From a virus (Duplodnaviria; Caudoviricetes), in the IMG/VR virus record IMGVR_UViG_3300023055_000253, positions 1 to 33,024 of that record: a stretch of DNA of 33,024 nt; one strand, 5' to 3'. Position numbers and translations under genes: made by a program. The notes beneath the pieces are model-generated. The model was given only the letters and a program-made list of their open reading frames with translations. It was not told the DNA's origin and did no database searches. How positions within the stretch are numbered: the first letter of the stretch is position 1; every line of letters begins with the position of its first letter. This document shows positions 17,738 to 27,722 of the stretch, in pieces.

Positions 17738-19807
17738 TTATCTGCGTGGTCCCGGCATCAGTTTATTGCTAATGTCGTTGAATTCTTCTTCTACCCAATC
17801 CGCACCATATTCCTTGCTCAGTTCACGACCTAGGTTGCGAAGAATCTTACTGTGATCCATCAATGCGCCCTGTTGCTGTGCAAGAGGAATGTCTGCAAAC
17901 CATTTGACGACACGCGGATCGGTAGCAATGCGTGACTGAATCGAGTTGTAACCCGAAACAACGCCTACCGTTTTACCAATCTTTTTCCAGCCGAATATCG
18001 CATCAGTTGCTGGGTCTGTCTTACCCGATGCTTTCTGAGCCTTGATACGTGCCTCCGTAATACGTGCAAGGCGGTCTAGGTCTTCACGTGCTGCCGAATG
18101 GGAAGTGCCCTTAAACATTGCGTCTTTCGCTTCCGGCGACATCTTGTTCCAGTTTTGAAGGAACTTGTTGCCGGAAAACTCAACCGCATCATCAGCAGTT
18201 CGTTTCGCCCCCAATTCGGTAATGTGATGACGAACAACACTTCCCCACATATCGTTACCGTTTGCCTGTTCGATTACCTCACGAACCTTAGCAATACGCG
18301 TACCGCCATGATTGAGGTTAGCAGTAAGCATCTGGTATGCTTTTTCGCCGCTTTCGGAATTAGCAAAAGGATCTAATACTTTGTCCGTTCCATTCGGACC
18401 TAATCGAGACTTGTATGCCTCATCTGCTTCTTTCCAAACGTCCTTTGCACGACCACCAAGACCATCAGCGGCTTGCTCCATGTCCTTTGACACGGCATCA
18501 CGTACGCGAACCAAATAGTTCTTGAGAGCAGGATTTGTATCTCGAGCAAAAGCGAGACGCCCTAATTCCTCACGCGCATCTTGCATTTCGCGGAAAGTCA
18601 GTCCTTTGCGAGCATCTTTAACAAGAGCATCTGTACGCTTGAGGACAGTATCCAGATAAGGTCCTTTGTCGATTTTTGCTGTGTTAGAAAGTTCCTTCTG
18701 CTCCGTCTTTAGTGTCTTACTAAGATCGGTAATATTAGGCGCTCTAGTAGTTGCAGCACCAGCAAGATTGTCCGTTTCCTTATACAAGTCGCCGACACGC
18801 TTATTGATGAAATCTTGTGACACTTTCGCTGCGTCTTGAATTGCTTCACCTACGCCCTGACGAGTGCTAGGGTTTGGATTAATCGTATCTTTAATGCGGC
18901 TAAATTCGCTCTTTAGCCCCTCGTCTAGTTCCCTAACAGTATTTGAAACACGACCATTGTCTGCTGCAATGAGGCGGTTCTCACGTGCTGCCTGACGAGG
19001 ACTACCTGACACTGTGCCGACTGTTGTCGGAAGACCTGCTTCCGAAAAGTCCTTAGCGGTCTGCGCAATCTTACCTGCATCGTCACCATCGCGGGTGAGA
19101 TACTTCGCTAGTTGGTTCTTACCCCCACGATATGCAGAACCGACACCTTTTGCGATGAGCATACCAGCGCCTTCACCAGCCGCGTTAACACCCACGTCAA
19201 TTGCTTTGTCAGTGAGGTATTCTCCTGTGTCGCGTGTATCTTCGTTGTCATACATATAGTTGATAATGCGTTCGGCGGCATCTCTTGCAGCCGCACCGCC
19301 ACCGCCAGCACCCGCAATTGCGCCGGAAACTGCGCCTGCGCCAGTACCGATAACAGGGACGGCGGAACCCGCTGCACCGCCACCTACTGTACCACCGAGA
19401 CCACCAAATAATGCGCCGAAGCCTTCTGCAATTTCAGGCACAACGCTAGATACGTCTCGCATAGTGAAACCCGGCATGTTGTAGAAGATCGTTTCGCCCG
19501 TTTCCGGGTCAGTCATAATGAAATTGTCTTCGCCATATGGCTCTGCGTTCGGGTAAGCCTTACGCAACGCATTGAGGCGGTCTTCCGGCTTCTTCAATGC
19601 ACCTAACTGCACACGAATGTTATGTGGTGCTTCTTTATTTGGATTGAGGCGGCTTTCATCTGGACGCGGTAATTGGGGGCGTTCTTCGTAAACGGCATCT
19701 TGATCCCACCAGTTATCATTTGCGACTGGTTCAGTCGGAGCAGGCGTTGCCTCTTCGACTGTTTCATCTTCATCCCACCAGTTTTCTTTCTTCTTTGCAC
19801 TAGCCAT
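17738..19807 (-). CDS. Large internal virion/DNA ejection protein
   Basis: Start reassigned to ATG 19807 (TAATG overlap), giving 689 aa. Gly/Ala-rich hydrophobic hairpin followed by a helical body; located at the ejection-gene position. Confidence 0.7.
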   Translation of the reverse strand: MASAKKKENWWDEDETVEEATPAPTEPVANDNWWDQDAVYEERPQLPRPDESRLNPNKEAPHNIRVQLGALKKPEDRLNALRKAYPNAEPYGEDNFIMTDPETGETIFYNMPGFTMRDVSSVVPEIAEGFGALFGGLGGTVGGGAAGSAVPVIGTGAGAVSGAIAGAGGGGAAARDAAERIINYMYDNEDTRDTGEYLTDKAIDVGVNAAGEGAGMLIAKGVGSAYRGGKNQLAKYLTRDGDDAGKIAQTAKDFSEAGLPTTVGTVSGSPRQAARENRLIAADNGRVSNTVRELDEGLKSEFSRIKDTINPNPSTRQGVGEAIQDAAKVSQDFINKRVGDLYKETDNLAGAATTRAPNITDLSKTLKTEQKELSNTAKIDKGPYLDTVLKRTDALVKDARKGLTFREMQDAREELGRLAFARDTNPALKNYLVRVRDAVSKDMEQAADGLGGRAKDVWKEADEAYKSRLGPNGTDKVLDPFANSESGEKAYQMLTANLNHGGTRIAKVREVIEQANGNDMWGSVVRHHITELGAKRTADDAVEFSGNKFLQNWNKMSPEAKDAMFKGTSHSAAREDLDRLARITEARIKAQKASGKTDPATDAIFGWKKIGKTVGVVSGYNSIQSRIATDPRVVKWFADIPLAQQQGALMDHSKILRNLGRELSKEYGADWVEEEFNDISNKLMPGPRR

Positions 19808-20709
19808 TAGCCAAGCCCTCTCATCCCACCGAGACCACCTAAGCCACCTTGTCTCGCTAGCATTGCGAGTTGCAGTTCCCACGGTTTCAACTTCTTCTTT
19901 TCGTCGGGTGCGCCCAGACTATTTAATAGGCTCACTTGAACGTTGCCGCCGCCACCAATCAGGCCACCTGTCTGTGCTGCTTCGCGATTGAAATCGTCTT
20001 CCTGCTTCGTGAAAATCTTGGCTGCTTCACCTAGTGCGCTTGTCGCGTCCTTAGTTTTTACACCTGCAATCTCGTCGGGTAAGAAGTTCAGATTGATTAA
20101 GCGCTTTTTCTTCTCTGGCTCTGCCTCCGTCGTTTCTGTTGCAGTGGGCTGAGTGTTCGCGTTCGGCTGGCTTGTCGCTGGCTGTGCCGGTGCTGCTTCA
20201 CTTTGAGTGAAGGTATTCGGATCAGCGCTTTGAGCCTTCACATCGCGCAGTTGATCGGCTGGCGTACCGTAAAGCGTGTTTGCGTGTTTTAGGCGATTGC
20301 CCCAACCGTGACCCGCTGTAGGGTTGTCAGCACGCCAGCCTTGCGGACGCTCATAACCGATCATTGCCGCCGTTGCTGAATGGACGTTGTCTGCTTGCTT
20401 TAGACGATTAAAGGCAGCGCTCTCGGTCGTCTTGAGTTCGTGTACCACGAAGTCCAATTGAGTATCGAGATCAGTAACAGGCTTCTTCTGATCCGCTGCA
20501 AACGCGTGAAGTGCCTTAGCGCGTCCACCGTTCCATTGCGCTAAGCCAATACTATCCGAACCATCGCGACCATCGCCGGGATTGCGAGCGCCGGTATTCA
20601 TGCTGCTTTCCTGCATGAGATTGCCGACAACTCCCGCTGCTTGAACAGGTGTTAAATTGTATCGACGCTGTAGATAATCATACGCATATCGCGCATTTGA
20701 GTTTGCCAC
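19807..20709 (-). CDS. Virion-associated phage tail-type lysozyme
   Basis: LTPVQAAGVVGNLMQES, SIGLAQWNGGR, TQLDFVVHEL, YERP (Phage_lysozyme2-like), then a low-complexity linker. Confidence 0.87.
   Translation of the reverse strand: MANSNARYAYDYLQRRYNLTPVQAAGVVGNLMQESSMNTGARNPGDGRDGSDSIGLAQWNGGRAKALHAFAADQKKPVTDLDTQLDFVVHELKTTESAAFNRLKQADNVHSATAAMIGYERPQGWRADNPTAGHGWGNRLKHANTLYGTPADQLRDVKAQSADPNTFTQSEAAPAQPATSQPNANTQPTATETTEAEPEKKKRLINLNFLPDEIAGVKTKDATSALGEAAKIFTKQEDDFNREAAQTGGLIGGGGNVQVSLLNSLGAPDEKKKLKPWELQLAMLARQGGLGGLGGMRGLG
20196..20212. repeat. Dispersed palindrome copy 2 (CTTCACT-TTG-AGTGAAG)
   Basis: Read directly; in the lysozyme linker region. Confidence 0.85.
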
Positions 20710-20760
20710 TTTTTCACCTCGTCCCCTTTGGGGCTTCTTATTATTCTTTGTATATTGTAC

Positions 20761-22311
20761 TTATTTCTTTACTTTACGAGTGCCATCAGGAGCAATATAA
20801 ACTGTACCAGATGGAAGCGCATCACGTTCTTCAATTGAAGTAACCTTCGGGAGATTGGTATCAACTGATTCAGCATCTTCGTTTGCTTTGCGTTCGTCGT
20901 ACGCTTTCTGCTCTGCAACTGCCTTTTTAAGACCAGTTGTGATGTTAATACCTTCTTCCTCTTTCGCGGCCTTGTATGCTTTAAAGCGTTCATAAGGATT
21001 CGGGAGAGCATCCATTTCCGCATATGCATCAGTATAATGAATTTCGCCCTTCTGTGCGCGACGAGCGATTGCAGCGGCAGCCATCTTATGCTCTTGAACT
21101 GCTCGCATCGTAACGGCAATAATTTCGTTACCTTCTGGTGTGTTAGCCAAATTCGGTAGAGATCTAAGGAACATTTTCGCATCGAAGTCGGACATCGCAC
21201 CGGAACCTGCAGGACGCATACCCGGAACTAGACGATTGATTGTTGCGTCGAAGGCTTGCGCTTGAGAGAGACCTTCAACCGTGAACCCGGCTAATTCGGC
21301 CCACGGTCCGAATCGCAGTTTGAATTCAGCCCATTTGCCGGTATCCATTTCTTTTGATAGATCGAGAAGCATGTCCATGTCGCCCGCCAATTGTGGCGCA
21401 TTACGGGCATCTTGAATGATGCCTGCGAAGTCTTTCGCTGCTTCTTCGTCGCTTTTTTCCTTAAACTTGTCACTGTTGGCACCAGTGTTCACGTTGACTT
21501 TGGATGAACCCGCTGCCTTCTGTTCTTTCTGCCAAGTGTTGAAATCTAAAGGTGTTTCGCCCTTTGCAGTGGCTTGCTCGACGTAGAATTCATAGTTCTT
21601 ACGGTCAGATGTGTATTTGCCAGCGTCCTCCGCACGCGAGTTTTCGCCTAAGCCTTCAGAGTAACCCGGGGCAACGACAAGGTTGCCATCTTCACCTACG
21701 ATCATGCCCTTACCCGCTGCGCCGTCTCGCAGTTTCATAATGTGGCCAAGGACTTTGTTGGCTTCTGTGTAGTCGCCATTTGCCATCAGATGTTTGTAGA
21801 TTTGCATGAGTTGGTCTTCGCTGTAGCCCATTCCACCCGCACTTGCGCCGCCACCTGAGTCGCCACCGATGGAGTCGGAAAACGATTTGTCCGCCTGTTG
21901 TTGTTTTGCTTCTGCATCAAGTTTGGCTTGGTCCGATGCTTTCTTAGCGTTCGTTAACAACTGCTTCTGGCTTGACTCGATTGAACTGTCGTAACCCTTT
22001 ATACCAGCGGCCAATCCCTGACCTGCGATGCTAAAGAGGTTAGTAGGTTCATATGAAGGACCAGATGAAGCCATCATCTGCGCACCCATCATCATAAGCG
22101 CACGACGACGAGCCGCGGACTCATCTTCGGTCTGTTCCGGCATAAATGCGTTCAAGATAGTTTTTCGATGCGTTGGTTCTGCCTGCTCATCACCGCTCAT
22201 AACTTGTTCAATCGGGGCTTTGCTTCCCGCTGGCAAAGCAGTGGGATCAGGTTTTGATCCCAAATTAATGCCTAGTTTCTTCAATATTTCTTCAATTGGA
22301 TTCAAAGCCAT
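20761..22311 (-). CDS. Internal virion/DNA ejection protein
   Basis: 516 aa; GSGAMSDFD...SLP motif and C-terminal LPSGTVYIAPDG; synteny. Confidence 0.68.
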   Translation of the reverse strand: MALNPIEEILKKLGINLGSKPDPTALPAGSKAPIEQVMSGDEQAEPTHRKTILNAFMPEQTEDESAARRRALMMMGAQMMASSGPSYEPTNLFSIAGQGLAAGIKGYDSSIESSQKQLLTNAKKASDQAKLDAEAKQQQADKSFSDSIGGDSGGGASAGGMGYSEDQLMQIYKHLMANGDYTEANKVLGHIMKLRDGAAGKGMIVGEDGNLVVAPGYSEGLGENSRAEDAGKYTSDRKNYEFYVEQATAKGETPLDFNTWQKEQKAAGSSKVNVNTGANSDKFKEKSDEEAAKDFAGIIQDARNAPQLAGDMDMLLDLSKEMDTGKWAEFKLRFGPWAELAGFTVEGLSQAQAFDATINRLVPGMRPAGSGAMSDFDAKMFLRSLPNLANTPEGNEIIAVTMRAVQEHKMAAAAIARRAQKGEIHYTDAYAEMDALPNPYERFKAYKAAKEEEGINITTGLKKAVAEQKAYDERKANEDAESVDTNLPKVTSIEERDALPSGTVYIAPDGTRKVKK

Positions 22312-22327
22312 AGTTCACCTTTTGTTC

Positions 22328-23641
22328 TTAAAGAATTCCGAGCAATGCTGTTAGAAGCCCCAAGCCACCACCTAGACCGCTGGACTGAACCGGCTTCGTC
22401 TGGTTGTTGTAACCGCCTGTTGTCACCATGTTGATCATGTTCGCAGCGTTCATAATGTCCTTGTTCTGCTCCAAGTCCCACTTGCGGATTTGTGCCTCTA
22501 GGGATGCATCGGAATAAGCATCTTTCTGCGCACCAACACCGGCGAGACGATCAGCATCTTTGTAATCGAGTTCGCGCATGTCACCGGCCATTCCTGCCCC
22601 TGCAAGTTGCTGACCCGACTGCTGTAGCATCTGCTGCCAGTAGTTAGTTGCCGCGTCATTTCGCATACCCTGCTGCGCCTGTGCTTGCTGGCCTAACTGA
22701 CCTGCACCGGACAATTGCTGACCAGTTGCGTTCTGACGAATTTGCTCTGTCGCATTAGCAAGGTTGCCATACAGGTTAGTTCCCTGATTGCGCATGTCCT
22801 GCTGGCTATTCGACGTATTGGCGAGGTTCGCGTTTGCGCCCAACTGATTAGCAACATCGGTGTTGTAGAAGTTGCCCATGCTATTCTGTGCGCCCAACAT
22901 GTTCTGACGTTCACGCGCATAATTGTCACCGAGCATAGTAGTGGCGTTCTTTGCCATCGCGTTTGCAACGGTGCTTTCTGCGTCATTACGTATGCTTGCA
23001 GCGGCACCAGAACCGGAACGACCGGCCATCATCGCTTGTGAGTCCATCTGTGGCGATGTGATGTTCTTAAACTGATCCATCATAGACTTATTCGCATTGG
23101 CGATATCGTTCATGAGATATTCGTTAGCGCCAAGGAACTCACCATTTGCGGACTTTGCGAGCATTGCATTTGCAGGGTTGTTTGCACCAGCCAAATTGTT
23201 CGCCTGATCCTGCTGTAGCCCAAATGCAGCATTGTTAAAGTTGCCAGCACTTGCAGCCTGACCGAGAGCCGGATTGGTGTAGTTGGTGTTGATGTTCTTC
23301 ATCGCGTCTTGCGTTGCCTGAACACCCGGATTAATCCAGTTTTGCGCTTGACCAAGCGTGTTAGCAGCAGGGTTATTCTGGAATGTTGCACCACTCGTGA
23401 TGTTGTTCACGGCGTTCTGAGCATTCGTAATTCCCTGAGAACCCTGCATCGCAGTTTGCGCAATCGATTCCTGTGCGCGCTTGGTTTCTTCGCTCTGCTT
23501 CGCAATCAAGTCGCCCTGCCAAGGCATCGGCTGACCATTGGACATGGCCTGATCCGCTTGAGCGTAGTATTTCTTCAAGTAAGGCTTTGCGCCGTCCCAC
23601 GGTTCTGTTTTTGTAGTAGTTTCTTTTGGACTGCTTGCCAT
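22328..23641 (-). CDS. Gln/Asn/Ala-rich DNA injection (pilot-like) protein
   Basis: Starts MASSPKETTTKTEPW...PYL; Q/N/A/G-rich helical body; C-terminal GLGGGLGLLTALLGIL. Confidence 0.7.
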   Translation of the reverse strand: MASSPKETTTKTEPWDGAKPYLKKYYAQADQAMSNGQPMPWQGDLIAKQSEETKRAQESIAQTAMQGSQGITNAQNAVNNITSGATFQNNPAANTLGQAQNWINPGVQATQDAMKNINTNYTNPALGQAASAGNFNNAAFGLQQDQANNLAGANNPANAMLAKSANGEFLGANEYLMNDIANANKSMMDQFKNITSPQMDSQAMMAGRSGSGAAASIRNDAESTVANAMAKNATTMLGDNYARERQNMLGAQNSMGNFYNTDVANQLGANANLANTSNSQQDMRNQGTNLYGNLANATEQIRQNATGQQLSGAGQLGQQAQAQQGMRNDAATNYWQQMLQQSGQQLAGAGMAGDMRELDYKDADRLAGVGAQKDAYSDASLEAQIRKWDLEQNKDIMNAANMINMVTTGGYNNQTKPVQSSGLGGGLGLLTALLGIL

Positions 23642-23643
23642 CC

Positions 23644-24051
23644 TCAAAATTCCTTATAATAATTTACTGATTGCACTGAAAATTCGTAACGCTTCAAAAT
23701 TCGTTCCCATTCAGGACGTGCGCTTGCATAAAAACCCTTACAACCCTGTGACTTAGCCCATTCCTCAACTTGTTTCTGACCGTCGCAAAGTATCTCGTTC
23801 ATTGCCGAACCGTGCTTGCCTCCTACGAGATAAAGAAAGCAAACCTTTTGGCCGTCGAGTTCCAATACTTGCACAACGCAAGCGGCATTATCTGAAACCC
23901 ATAAATGATATTTTTGGCTGTAAATTCCGTTGATTAGGGCTTCTTCATTGTCCGGGTTGGTTGAATATGCCATGGCACTTTTCAGCCACTCGCGAACCCT
24001 CGGAAACTCTATCTTGACGCCCTCGTAAGTATCTATCAGCCTTGCATTCAT
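23644..24051 (-). CDS. GNAT-like virion assembly protein
   Basis: YHLWV...LYLVGG...WAKSQGC...ARPEWERIL; lies between tail and ejection genes. Confidence 0.6.
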   Translation of the reverse strand: MNARLIDTYEGVKIEFPRVREWLKSAMAYSTNPDNEEALINGIYSQKYHLWVSDNAACVVQVLELDGQKVCFLYLVGGKHGSAMNEILCDGQKQVEEWAKSQGCKGFYASARPEWERILKRYEFSVQSVNYYKEF

Positions 24052-24103
24052 AAAAACTCTAAATTTATTTCAGTTAGTATCGTTGTATTTAAAAGACTTT
24101 AGG

Positions 24104-24466
24104 TTAGTCGAAAAATACATAATCGAAAAACAGCGGTTCAACAGTCCAGCGATGCCAAATGCTAAACTGACCGTCGAGTAGATCACCCATCCACAAAGCG
24201 GTCATGTATTCCGCCGATGGTGCATTGCGTGGAGCAAACGAGATTTTGCTATTTCGTGTAATTCTTGGATCAATGATCAACGTGTTTACGGTGCTGATTT
24301 CCATTGTGAACGAACCACAACCTGACGGCACAACAGGCACTTGCTCTAGTGCTGCAATGTCTGCCTCAAACTCGGCTAGTGCCTCTTCAAAATCGCCTTC
24401 ATGCTCAATATCGTCGATAATTTCTCTAATACGCTTGAAAACGGTTGGGTCTCTAACAATTGCCAA
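24104..24466 (-). CDS. Tail needle/appendage-like protein, paralog 3
   Basis: TTG start with GGAGG RBS; aligns by eye with the two upstream ORFs. Confidence 0.6.
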   Translation of the reverse strand: MAIVRDPTVFKRIREIIDDIEHEGDFEEALAEFEADIAALEQVPVVPSGCGSFTMEISTVNTLIIDPRITRNSKISFAPRNAPSAEYMTALWMGDLLDGQFSIWHRWTVEPLFFDYVFFD

Positions 24467-24495
24467 CTTATTTGCCCTCCATGCTGGTCACAGGA

Positions 24496-24867
24496 TTATT
24501 CTGTAAAAATGTAATTGAAGCGTAGGCTTTCCTCGTTTCGGACGTGTCCGATTGTGAGAACGCCGTTTGAAATGTCTTGAACCCACACGCTGCCTATTGC
24601 GTCAGCAGACCAAGAATTGTGCGGTGCAAGTGTCACCCTGCATTTGCTTGTAATCTGCGGATCAAGGACGATGGTTTCGCCAGTGTCTGGTGCTGTCTCG
24701 AACTCACCACTACCTCGGACTTTGCCGACAAGCGCTTTCAACGCCTCAATGGACGCTTTGATTTCTCTAAGTTGCTTACCAATGTCGCCCTGGCCTTCAA
24801 TAAGGCCAATCATGTCATTGATTTTCTTTGCTAATCGGGGATCACGTACTATTCTCACAATATTCAC
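24496..24867 (-). CDS. Tail needle/appendage-like protein, paralog 2
   Basis: IVRDP, short coiled coil, beta-rich C-domain ending FNYIF. Confidence 0.6.
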   Translation of the reverse strand: MNIVRIVRDPRLAKKINDMIGLIEGQGDIGKQLREIKASIEALKALVGKVRGSGEFETAPDTGETIVLDPQITSKCRVTLAPHNSWSADAIGSVWVQDISNGVLTIGHVRNEESLRFNYIFTE

Positions 24868-24888
24868 CTTTTAAAAATCGTTTATTAA

Positions 24889-25188
24889 TCAACCAATTCC
24901 GAAGATCACGTAATCCAAGTTGCGCGGCGTAGTTATTGAGCCATGGCTAATTGTGAATGAGCCATTTGATACTTGATTTACCCATATGGAATTCATGCTC
25001 TGAGCCGCGCTTGCGCTTCTCGGTGTGAGGATAATTTTACTTATGCTCGACACCTTCGGATTTTGGACAATCGTACTCGTCGTGTTTGCAGCCAATATTG
25101 CGCTGCCTGTGTTATCGAACTGACGGCAAATCTGATCTACGACCTCTTTGACCTGTCGGGGATTGCTAGGATCGCGAATGATTTTCAT
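24889..25188 (-). CDS. Tail needle/appendage-like protein, paralog 1
   Basis: Start reassigned to ATG 25188 (TAATG overlap, GGAGG RBS), giving 99 aa MKIIRDP...LDYVIF. Confidence 0.6.
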   Translation of the reverse strand: MKIIRDPSNPRQVKEVVDQICRQFDNTGSAILAANTTSTIVQNPKVSSISKIILTPRSASAAQSMNSIWVNQVSNGSFTISHGSITTPRNLDYVIFGIG

Positions 25189-26702
25189 TAACGACCTCCC
25201 GCCGGATATGCTTCGATGTGATATCCCATCGCATCGCTCCACTCGCCTTCAAACGAGAAGCGGAAACGATGGAATTTGTTTTGATAGCGGAAGTAAGCCC
25301 AGCCCGATTGCTCATTCACAGGTACACTCTCAGTGTACGTCAGAGCGTCATACACGTTGGTTCTGTGTCCTCCGCGCACTTGCACTAACCCGCTGCCATG
25401 AAACAGCGGACGAACGCGGTTGATGTTAGTGCGCTCACCTGCTGCATCGGGGATCGCTTGCGCAAGGTATTGCTCCTGCGTCTCGATCAGGCCGCGCATT
25501 GTCGAACCGCCGAAGATGAAAATCTTCCCGGTGTTATCCATGGCCCAAAGCATGGCATCACCACCCGCCCACATAGGACTGTCGAATGGTGCAGGTACGT
25601 TCTCAATCGTGCCGTAAACGTCTAACTGCTCAATGGTCCAAGGAAGGCTCAAACTGTTGAAGATGTAACCGGCTGTCGCATCTGCTTCTGACCAATTGCC
25701 TGTCTGATAATTGTAAATGAGGATTTTGTCGGCTTCTTCACCTGACGCGCCCTTACTCAGATAGGACCAGTAAACAAGTTTCTTCGCCGGATCGCTGGCA
25801 ACCGTCATGTACTGATAACGCGCATCATCGACGTTGTTCAGGAAGTAGCGATTTATCTGGCCGTCACCAATTGGCCTAATCTGATCGCCTTCAAGCACAT
25901 AAAAGCCATCAACACTCAGGAAGAAGGTTTTGCCCTCAACAGTGATGATGCTCTCCGCAACTGAACAGCCCTTACCCATTGCAGACGGCAATTGATCGAA
26001 CTGGAATATCAACGGAGCGCCCATAAAGGACATTTTCACGATTGAGCGTTCCATCAGAATGTAACCGGCTTCGCCGCCGACCACGCCCATGATGTTGCCA
26101 CCGTTAAAAATGTCCTGAAAGTCGGACATTGTTTGTTGTGAGAAATTCCAATCGAACGGGTTGTTTACAGCAGACCAACGAACTCGGTACGGAACCTGAC
26201 CGTCGAGTGCATCAAGCGTGTTTGCAACAACCATGAAGTCACGCACAACCGCGCAATGACGCGCCCTGACGAGCGATGTTAGGCGGTCAAACTTAATGTC
26301 TTGGCTTTTTTGAATGTACTGCGGTTCATTGGAGTAATTGAACGCGGCGACAATATCACCGAACTCCGCAAATACCCATCGCTCACCGCCAGCAGTGGAA
26401 TAACCGCCATCAGCGGAAATGTTTTTCCATTGCAGGTCGTTTGCGTTGACCTTGTAGAGCGAGTTTTTTGTACCCGCATAAATCTTTGCCAGACTGCTTT
26501 TGTCGCGACCGACAAGCGTTCCCAAGGGTCTGCTGTCCAGCGATGTATCTGAGTAAAGGCTTAGTCCGCGCATTGGATGATAAGTGACTGTACCGGGTTG
26601 AGTGCCAATACCCGGAGTGACATTACGAGCCATCGTAACGCCGGGATTATTCAGAGCCGGAAGATCAGGACACCATGGGCCAAATGCACCATTGATTACC
26701 AT
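25188..26702 (-). CDS. Podovirus tail nozzle/tubular protein (beta-propeller; P22 gp10/T7 gp12-like position)
   Basis: 504 aa, beta-rich, VRWS motif, follows the adaptor. Confidence 0.75.
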   Translation of the reverse strand: MVINGAFGPWCPDLPALNNPGVTMARNVTPGIGTQPGTVTYHPMRGLSLYSDTSLDSRPLGTLVGRDKSSLAKIYAGTKNSLYKVNANDLQWKNISADGGYSTAGGERWVFAEFGDIVAAFNYSNEPQYIQKSQDIKFDRLTSLVRARHCAVVRDFMVVANTLDALDGQVPYRVRWSAVNNPFDWNFSQQTMSDFQDIFNGGNIMGVVGGEAGYILMERSIVKMSFMGAPLIFQFDQLPSAMGKGCSVAESIITVEGKTFFLSVDGFYVLEGDQIRPIGDGQINRYFLNNVDDARYQYMTVASDPAKKLVYWSYLSKGASGEEADKILIYNYQTGNWSEADATAGYIFNSLSLPWTIEQLDVYGTIENVPAPFDSPMWAGGDAMLWAMDNTGKIFIFGGSTMRGLIETQEQYLAQAIPDAAGERTNINRVRPLFHGSGLVQVRGGHRTNVYDALTYTESVPVNEQSGWAYFRYQNKFHRFRFSFEGEWSDAMGYHIEAYPAGGR

Positions 26703-27286
26703 TGCACGCCCTCCGTAATGATCGCATTACCGCCGCGCTGCATGTTTCGATTGTCTTCATCAACACGTCCTAGCGCTTCCGCTAGTGACTGCTTTTCAAG
26801 TTGTTCCGCTTCAACATCGTCAAGCCAACGATGCGCGTAGATGAGCGCTCCGCTCAGATAGACTTGAGGGAAACGAGCAATCAGCCAGTTTGTCGGATTG
26901 GCTGGTGAAAGCGCGGGAACGCTTGCGTGGTAAATGAGTGTTGCGTTGACTGGCTTGTAATCTTCACGAAGCAAGCGATAGCCGTTGCCCTCTTGGAAAT
27001 ACCCGATCTGACTTGGATAAATCGAAGGCGTATAGGGGCTAACCTGTGTCGGCGTGACGTTTCCCACACGTAGAGCGCGGGGCGCAACCATGTCATTGGG
27101 AAAAGTTACATAGTCCGTAACATCGCTAATGGTCTCAATCTTCTCGCCCATGTAATGCTTGATGAACGGGCGAAAGTCGGCCTCCGCTAGCGATATAAAA
27201 TTATCGATGGGAAATGTCGGATCGCCTTCGCGACGAGCATATTCTGATATTGCGACACGCAATTCGTCATAGTTGGAGATAGCCAT
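26696..27286 (-). CDS. Head-tail adaptor protein
   Basis: ISNYDELRVAI...FISLAEA...TNWLIARFPQVYLSGAL. Confidence 0.8.
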   Translation of the reverse strand: MAISNYDELRVAISEYARREGDPTFPIDNFISLAEADFRPFIKHYMGEKIETISDVTDYVTFPNDMVAPRALRVGNVTPTQVSPYTPSIYPSQIGYFQEGNGYRLLREDYKPVNATLIYHASVPALSPANPTNWLIARFPQVYLSGALIYAHRWLDDVEAEQLEKQSLAEALGRVDEDNRNMQRGGNAIITEGVQW

Positions 27287-27631
27287 TTAAACCCTCCAAC
27301 TGTTGACGCGGAATTTCGCGTTGTCAGGATCGTTTAGACGTAGTGCCAGCGCTTTCGGGTCTTCTGTAATTCCTTCGTTCAGCCATTGATTGCGAAGCCC
27401 AACAGGAACGCTTGCTACTTTGACGAGCGCGCCATGATCGCCGTGCTTATTGAAACTGGCTGCTGCTTCTGCGTTATCATCGAACAACGCCTGCACGTTT
27501 TTCCACTGCACCGTTTGATACATTTGGTCGCCGTCACGCGTTAACCAGATGGCTTTGTCAGGTCCGTCGTAAAGGCAGAAGGTTCCCTTGGTAACAAGAT
27601 CGCCAACAGTTAAGTTATTATTATCGTTCAT
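27287..27631 (-). CDS. Hypothetical phage protein downstream of capsid
   Basis: 114 aa; KVASVP...W...LNDPDNAKFR; abuts the adaptor start. Confidence 0.7.
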   Translation of the reverse strand: MNDNNNLTVGDLVTKGTFCLYDGPDKAIWLTRDGDQMYQTVQWKNVQALFDDNAEAAASFNKHGDHGALVKVASVPVGLRNQWLNEGITEDPKALALRLNDPDNAKFRVNSWRV

Positions 27632-27674
27632 ATTCCCGCCCTTATTATTGTTATTCGTTATTTATTTGCGGGCA

Positions 27675-27700
27675 TAAAAAATGGGGGCCGAAGCCCCCAC
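27675..27700 (-). terminator. Rho-independent terminator after major capsid gene
   Basis: Minus strand GTGGGGGC-TTCG-GCCCCCAT-TTTTT: C(UUCG)G tetraloop plus U-tract. Confidence 0.9.
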
Positions 27701-27722
27701 TTGTCGTTCTATTCGGTTCTAA

